Source: Girardia tigrina
Taxonomy: Eukaryota
Direction: 5' to 3'
Assembly (NCBI GenBank): GCA_001938485.1
Contig: MQRK01244289.1
Coordinates: 28,531-89,123, forward strand
Length of the DNA: 60,593 bases
Shown here piece by piece: positions 54,093-60,593 of the stretch (the stretch's first letter is position 1; every line of letters begins with the position of its first letter). Both the position numbers and the translations under genes were made by a program. The notes below the pieces were generated by a model. That model did not search any database and had not been told where the DNA came from. It was given only the letters and a program-made list of their open reading frames with translations.

Positions 54093-55351
54093 TTATTTTA
54101 TAATAGTGGTAATTTAGTTTTTATAAGGTAATTAAAACTTTGTTTAAGATATTTTAAAGGGACTGATACATTAAAAAATGAAAAATATATAAAAAAGAAG
54201 TTTTATTAACAATGAACATATTCTTTGCATTCCATTTGACAATGTAGTGCAAATAATTTGGGAATAACATATGCAAAAACGATTATCTCGCATCGTTAAG
54301 GTACCAGATTTTATTTTCAATAAATGCTTTTATGATTGATTTAGTACAATAACTCAATTTACTTTTAACAGTAGAAGATTTTAGCAAGCAACAATATTGA
54401 GTTAAAAGAAGCATCTCTAATGTAAGATTGTTTACGGTTGAACGTAGGAAATTAAATGAAAAGCAATTGAGAATACTTAAATCAAGGAAGGATATCGAAA
54501 TTTCCTTATTTAAGAAGACAATTTTTGATTTTTCTTCTTTTTACTAACAAAAACATAAATATAAAGAATAACATCGAGTATTATCAAATTAAGACATTGA
54601 AATCATTTTATACAGATTATTTATTTTTTTAATTTACATATTTTAAATTTTTAGATATTTTTTGATTTTAATATTATTTTTTGGTCAATTGAAAATTTCG
54701 GCATTAATTTATAAAGAATATCTTTTTTTTCAATTTTACTGTTTTGAAGAAACGTTTTTTTTATTTACTTATTTATTTATTTATTTATAATAAATAAATA
54801 TTTATACACGAAATATCGTGACTGAAAAACGATTTTTTAAAAATTTTGGAATACTATCATATACAATGAGGTCGAATTCACATTATTTGTGGAAAAATAA
54901 TTTTTTATATAAATTGCATTAAAAATCTTAAAAATAAAAAAAAATATTTTGTCAATTTAATGTATTGATAAATAAATGAACTTGAAACGGAACTATTTCC
55001 TTTAAGAGAAAGTTAGCAGAAATTTTAAATTAAAAAAATTAATTTTGTAAATTTTTCCTCAAACAAATATATCCCCTCCATCTCCGGTTGAGTCGCTTAT
55101 CTAACTCTGCCAACAATTTTGACAGACCGAATGACTTAGTATAAGTTGTTCATGTAGATCGTAGGTTCGAATGAAATTTTATATTAATCTTAATCAGATT
55201 AAGCTAAAGAGACATTTATTTATCTGTTCATTTATTTAGTTATTTATTGTTTAGTTGCTTAGTTAATCATTTGCCTTTTTTTGTTAGTTTATTAAGTAAT
55301 TAATTAATTTATTTATTTATCTATTATTTATTTATTAATTATTAATTAATT

Positions 55352-55436
55352 TTGTGAGAAATATTTTCTAATGGTACTTATTGTATGTTGTTTTTAGGAT
55401 TGTGTTTCTCTCATCCAGACGGATGATTGATATTTT
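55352..55436 (+). repeat. Dispersed two-box element, copy 10
   Basis: ttgtgagaaatatttt...taggattgtgtttctctcatccagacggatgattgatatttt. Confidence 0.85.
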
Positions 55437-55485
55437 AAATTTTAGAACCATTGGATTATTCGGAAAATTTTGAAATGTAAATAAC

Positions 55486-55703
55486 TAGTTAGTCATTTTT
55501 AATTTTGTTTTCAAATTTCGATTTCGAATTCAATGAAAAAACCAAAACTCAATTCACCTTTTAAAAATTTTATTATTATTTCAATTACAAATTATTACAA
55601 TTGATACAGTAAAACAATACTGCATTTTTTTCAATATATATATATATATATATNNNNNNNNNNNNNNNNNNNNNNNNNNNNNNNNNNNNNNNNNNNNNNN
55701 NNN

Positions 55704-55743
<40 letters not shown>

Positions 55744-55891
55744 GAAAAATTTAGAATTTATTCAATAATAAGTTTTAACTTTATTTATGATATATCAAAT
55801 TTCAAAACAAAATGTCAAATAATGATAAAAACTGAAATTTTTATACATACAAATGTTTATAATTAATTGATTCATTAATTTGAATCTTCCA
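55486..55891 (-). repeat. 3' LTR containing an internal (TA)n tract
   Basis: Matches 60408 onward (tagttag(t/c)catttttaa...ttttttcaatatata) and is bounded by the polypurine tract gggggagaaa (minus strand, 55892-55901). Confidence 0.75.
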
Positions 55892-55912
55892 TTTCTCCCC
55901 CGTATGAAGCAA

Positions 55913-58900
55913 TTAATTATCATAATTGTCCTGACTCTGCTGACCTATTCTGGAAATCTCTTCATCTCGTTCGTTAAATTCTTTTTCAGGAACATTGTCA
56001 TTCTGATGATCAATTTTACATTTTTGCTGAATTGCTCGTCTTTTCAGTATCCAATCGATTTCGATATATACCACTCTACATCTGTTATCAGGTCCCAGAA
56101 TCATCTTCTTTACTACTCCCACAGGCAATCTTTTATTATTATCCCCCGATTCTAAAAACCATACCAAATCTCCCTCTTTCAGATCTCGGTTTTCTTTTAA
56201 CCATTTACTTCTGTTCCTCCATTCGATAATTAATTTCCTTTTCCATCTGTTCCAAAATTGAATAGTTAGATTCTGCACGTCCTTCCATCTAGAGTGTAAA
56301 TTTCTTTTTTCTGATCCTGTCGTCATAGATTTACATTCTCCTAGATAACCAGCAATGATAACATGATTTGGCGTAAGTATCGGATTGTCTATAGGATCGT
56401 CCATGGATCTCGTCAATGGTTTAGAATTAACGATCCCCTCTATTTCTATTAAGATTGTTTCCAATTCCTCATCATTAACTTCAGCCGTACCGAGTATGGT
56501 GTATAGCGCGTTTTTGAATGTTTTCACCATAGACTCAAAAATTCCTCCAAAATGAGGCGCCCTCGGAGGATTAAAGATCCATCTAATTTAATACACTTCA
56601 TCATTTAATACATTTAAGACCCAGTAAGTATCTTGTTTAATCTCTACAATTTCGCCATTTATCCTTCGGAAGTTTCCTCCGTTATCCGAAATTATCATCG
56701 ATGGTCTTCCTCTTCTGGCAATAAATCTTTTTAACGCTCTTATAAGATCATCAGTTTCCAACTTTTTTTTATCTCCAAATGTACTGCTCTACATTGAAGG
56801 CAAGTAATTAAACAAATATATCTCTTCTCCTTCGCTCTTCTCTGTCCTTGTTTCGTAAGGATCGGACCAGTGAAATCAATTCCAATTTTATCGAACGCTT
56901 TTAACGGTTCTCAAAGACAGAACTCTGGAATTTCTCCCATTTGTTGGCAGATTCCTTTCGCATTTTTTCTTGAACAAACTTCACAATTTCTTTGGTAATT
57001 TTTTATACTTTTTTTTGCATTTGTGGGAACCAAAATCTTTCGGATAATTTACAATTCTGTTGATTAACAACAGCACAGGGAAGATATTCTTGATGAACAT
57101 GTTCCAATATCAATTTTGTTATTAGACTTTTATTAGATAGTATTATCGGATATCGTAAATTCCAAGGAAGGTACTCAGATTTCACTATCCTGCTGTTGCT
57201 TCTCAAAGTCCGTCTTCTGCACTCATAGGATTTGCTTTTAATATTGAATCTTTTGCTTTAAGTGTTTTTCCGGCCTTAAATAATTGTATCTGCGATTTAA
57301 ACCATTCCTGTTGATCTTCCTTTATTATTTCTTTTTTCTGCTAATTCAAACTCACTTTCTTTATGACCATTTTCAGCTTCTTCAACTCTATCTATCATAT
57401 GTGTCTCGGATATTCTTTTCCAGACCAATTTTCTCCATTTCGAATGATGATTATTAGCCACGGAATTCTCAGAATCATTTTTCTCATCAATATGTACTGC
57501 ATTCAAGACAACACCCTTTTTCTCTAAACACACTTCCGTTTTTAACTCTTTAGGTCTTTCTGGCCAATTGTCTTCCTGAAGTTGAAGGAATTTCGGGTCC
57601 TTCCACCATTTTTGCATTTCGGAAAGTTTTGTCACTGAGCACCCTCTAGAAAGAATATCGGACGGATTTTCCTTTGATGGCACATATCTCCATTGATTTC
57701 CTCTTGTAAATTCCTGTATATAACCAATTCGATTAGCAATAAATGTACTAAACTTTTTCCCGTATCTTGTCACCCAATACAATACATCAATGCTGTCAGT
57801 CCAAAAAAGGATTTCATCCATGGTTATACCCATGGCGCTGACTAATTTTCTCGCCTACTTTACTCCGACTACCGTAGCCATTAATTCCAATCGCGGAATC
57901 GAAACTGTTTTTGTTGAACATACTCTTCCTTTTGCTGGTATTATATTGGTGTTATCATCATTCTTTTCAATCTCTCTGATGTTACTAACTGCTTCGTAAG
58001 CATCATTAGAAGCATCACAAAAGACATGGGTTTGAATTTTTCCTCCTTTTTCAATTAAAGTTCTTTTGACACGAATTTTATCTAGATTCTTTTGTTGTTC
58101 AACTCAGTTCTGGGCTCTTATTTTTAACGGTTCTGAAATTTCGACGTCCCAATCGGTACCATTCATCCAGATTTCTTGTATTAATATTTTCCCCAGCATT
58201 AGATATGCTGTTAGGAAACCAAGCGTGTCCTAAACCTTGCCCAATGCGCTTAAAATCTGACGCTTTGTACACCATTCCGCTACTTCTTCTCTAGCATAGA
58301 ACGAAAATTCATCTTGTCTGGGTCCCATATTAAACCCAACGTTTTAGTAAATTTCTCATCCTCATATACCTTTGTGAATTAGACATCCACTTCTTAGCAT
58401 CCATCCCAGCTTGCTTCCACAACCATTTTAAATCTTTATACATTTTTACTGCTTGCTCTTCTGTCTCAACTGATATCAAACTGTCATCCATATACGTTGA
58501 TTCCAAAATTGCTTTCGCCACTTCTGGCAATGATGCCATATGTCTTTCCGCGTTCATTTTACTAATTAATTGTGCCAAAAATCGGGACGCATTAATTCCA
58601 AACACTAACCTGTTAAATTCGTATTTCACTAACTCGTTTTTCTTTCTCCACAAAAGTCACATGTAGCGTCTCTCTCTTTCTTTTATTTTTATCTGTAGAA
58701 ACATCTCTACAATATCGCACTTTATAGTAATATTGAAACTTCGAAATCAAAGCAAAATCTCAAACAAGTCTGTTTGTAATTTCAGTCCTTGATGAATCTT
58801 GTCGTTCAGACAAATTCTTTGCCATTTAGCGACTTCATCGAAAACAATTCTAACTTTGGTGGTTTCTTCTATCTTCTTACTACTGGGAAATGCGGAAGAA

Positions 58901-59790
58901 GCCACTCATCATTTTGATTATCTTTCTCTTCAGTTACTTCATGTATATAACCCTTACTGACATATTCTTTTACTATATTATCGTATTCATTCTTCAGACC
59001 GACTTCCCAGTCAAGTCTTCTCAGCAGATGATTTAGTCTTTTCTCAACTGACCTTTGGTTGTTTTGTGGCTTCCATTTTGCCTCCTTACACGGAATTCCT
59101 ACTGTGAATCGTTCTCCATCGTAGCTTACATTTTTGATACAATGATCTAATAATTCGTTCTCTTTCACAGTCATTCCATTATCAACTCGATCGAGTACAT
59201 CTTCTAATTTCCACAATCTTTGTAAATCATTTTCCGTCTCTTACTCCCTAGTAAAGAAGCATCTTGCAAAATTGACCCTTTTATGATTTCTATTTTCGGG
59301 AACCTCTCCGACACAAGTCCACCCGAGAGGTGTTAGGCGAGATATTGGTTCCTTTGGTAATTCTTTCACTTCTTTTATTGAGTACTGTAAGTTTAGATAG
59401 TCAGCTCCTAATATACCATCGACTCGATAATTTCTATTAATATTTTCAAATTGAATACCAGTTAAATGTGGCCATTTTCCTTTTATTTTTCCCCAATTAC
59501 AAACCTTTAAATCACCTGTTACATTTTCAACTACAAAGAGATTCAGCATTTGATTCACACGCCCGTCTATAGATTGCAGTCCAACGTTAACCTTTTTTTC
59601 TTTTAATGATTTGATCCCATTCAGAACTTGAATATTGATGTCTTGATTTTTTCCTTCTAAGTTTAATTCATCGGCTAAATTCCTATTAATGAAAGAATTA
59701 GTAATGGCATCGTCCAGCAGGAGGTTTACTGTGATTCTGGTTCCTTTATTTATAAGGTAAACAGGAACGGTTCTTAATGAAACACAGATT
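55913..59790 (-). pseudogene. BEL/Pao pol pseudogene (protease, RT, RNase H, integrase, C-terminal DUF5641-like domain)
   Basis: Protease LLLDDAITNSFI and LTPLGW; RT LPHFPV, YEFNRLVFG and YMDD; RNase H FCDASNDAY, SIPRLELMA, FWTDS and WRYVPSKENPSD; integrase IGIDFTGP, SDNGGNF, APHFGGIFE and FWNRW. Many stops and frameshifts. Confidence 0.93.
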
Positions 59791-60390
59791 TAATCTATCT
59801 TTAATAGATCAACTACAAACGTACCTCCTTTCGGAATTTGGGAGAATTCTCCTTCAGTAGTCTAACTTTCTTATCTTCTTTCTCTTCTATTTTTGAATTT
59901 TGATCAGGGTTCGAGTCGTTTTTCTTTATATGAAGGTTTCTACAATTATTTCCATATATACAATTGCCGGATTCGAAATATTTACATTTGATTGGACTTT
60001 CTTCCTTTGTTAGATCGTGTATGTATCTACACGCCTTTCCTCTTTTTGCAGAAACCCTTTTGGAAATCCCAACATGGTGCTCTTTAAATTTCTTTTTTCG
60101 ATCCAGCTGGTTTTCTTTCTTCCTTTTGAAAGAACGATTTTACTTTAGAAAGTTCTCTAATATTCTGATTTCGCTGTTTGGCATTGAATGTGCTGATACC
60201 ATGAACGGCTTCCGCAGTGGTCCGCTTTATTTCCACCTCATTTATTAGCCAATCCTTTAAAACTGACCACGACCAAGGAAAGAAAAATTCACTAAATCCT
60301 CTGCATAGTCACCGGACGAGGAATCGATCGGTGATACTCTCGATCGATCATCCGAAATCAATTGCTGACAATTCCCATTTAATTCCAAAC

Positions 60391-60404
60391 ACGATCTGCT
60401 ACCA
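60391..60404 (-). other. Primer-binding site (tRNA-iMet-like)
   Basis: The minus strand reads tggtagcagatcgt, 3 nt inside the 5' LTR boundary. TGGTAGCAGA is complementary to the 3' end of animal initiator tRNA-Met. Confidence 0.7.
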
Positions 60405-60407
60405 AAG

Positions 60408-60559
60408 TAGTTAGCCATTTTTAAATTTTGTTTTCAAATTTTCGATTTCGAATTCAATGCAAAAACCAAAACTCAATTCACCTTTTAAATATTTTATTAT
60501 TATTTCCATTACAAATTATTACAAATGATGAAATAAAACAATACTGCAATTTTTTCAAT

Positions 60560-60593
<34 letters not shown>
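60408..60593 (-). repeat. 5' LTR (partial) of the BEL/Pao element
   Basis: Diverged direct repeat of 55486 onward, running into (TA)n at the window end. Confidence 0.75.

Larger units (their letters stand above)
55486..60593 (-). mobile_element. BEL/Pao LTR retrotransposon, degenerate; the 5' LTR runs off the window end
   Basis: Direct repeat 55486-~55650 versus 60408-~60575, with a PBS and PPT adjacent and pol domains in PR-RT-RH-IN order. Confidence 0.9.

Overview
This is a very AT-rich animal genomic window with several N gaps; a triclad flatworm would fit, but that is inference only. The single host gene I can support is a minus-strand nicotinic acetylcholine receptor subunit, seen as three canonical exons (31634-31776, 24590-24634, 14256-14365) separated by 7 and 10 kb introns. 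Two of these exons are too short for the ORF track. The rest is mostly decayed mobile DNA: two pogo/Tigger elements, three mariners of different subfamilies, a rosa-like Tc1/mariner, a young Tc1 nested in a Helitron hairpin, two MULE fossils, hAT pieces, MITEs, an RTE LINE 5' end and a BEL/Pao LTR element. Four observations stand out. (1) An unannotated 85-115 bp two-box element occurs at least ten times on both strands and has a recurring, strand-polarised hairpin. (2) An HDV-like ribozyme fold sits at the LINE 5' end, with A at the catalytic-C position. (3) The BEL/Pao element has tandem CCCH zinc fingers where Gag should be. (4) A minisatellite is built from RFX X-box and CCAAT motifs. All calls were made by eye; no searches were run.
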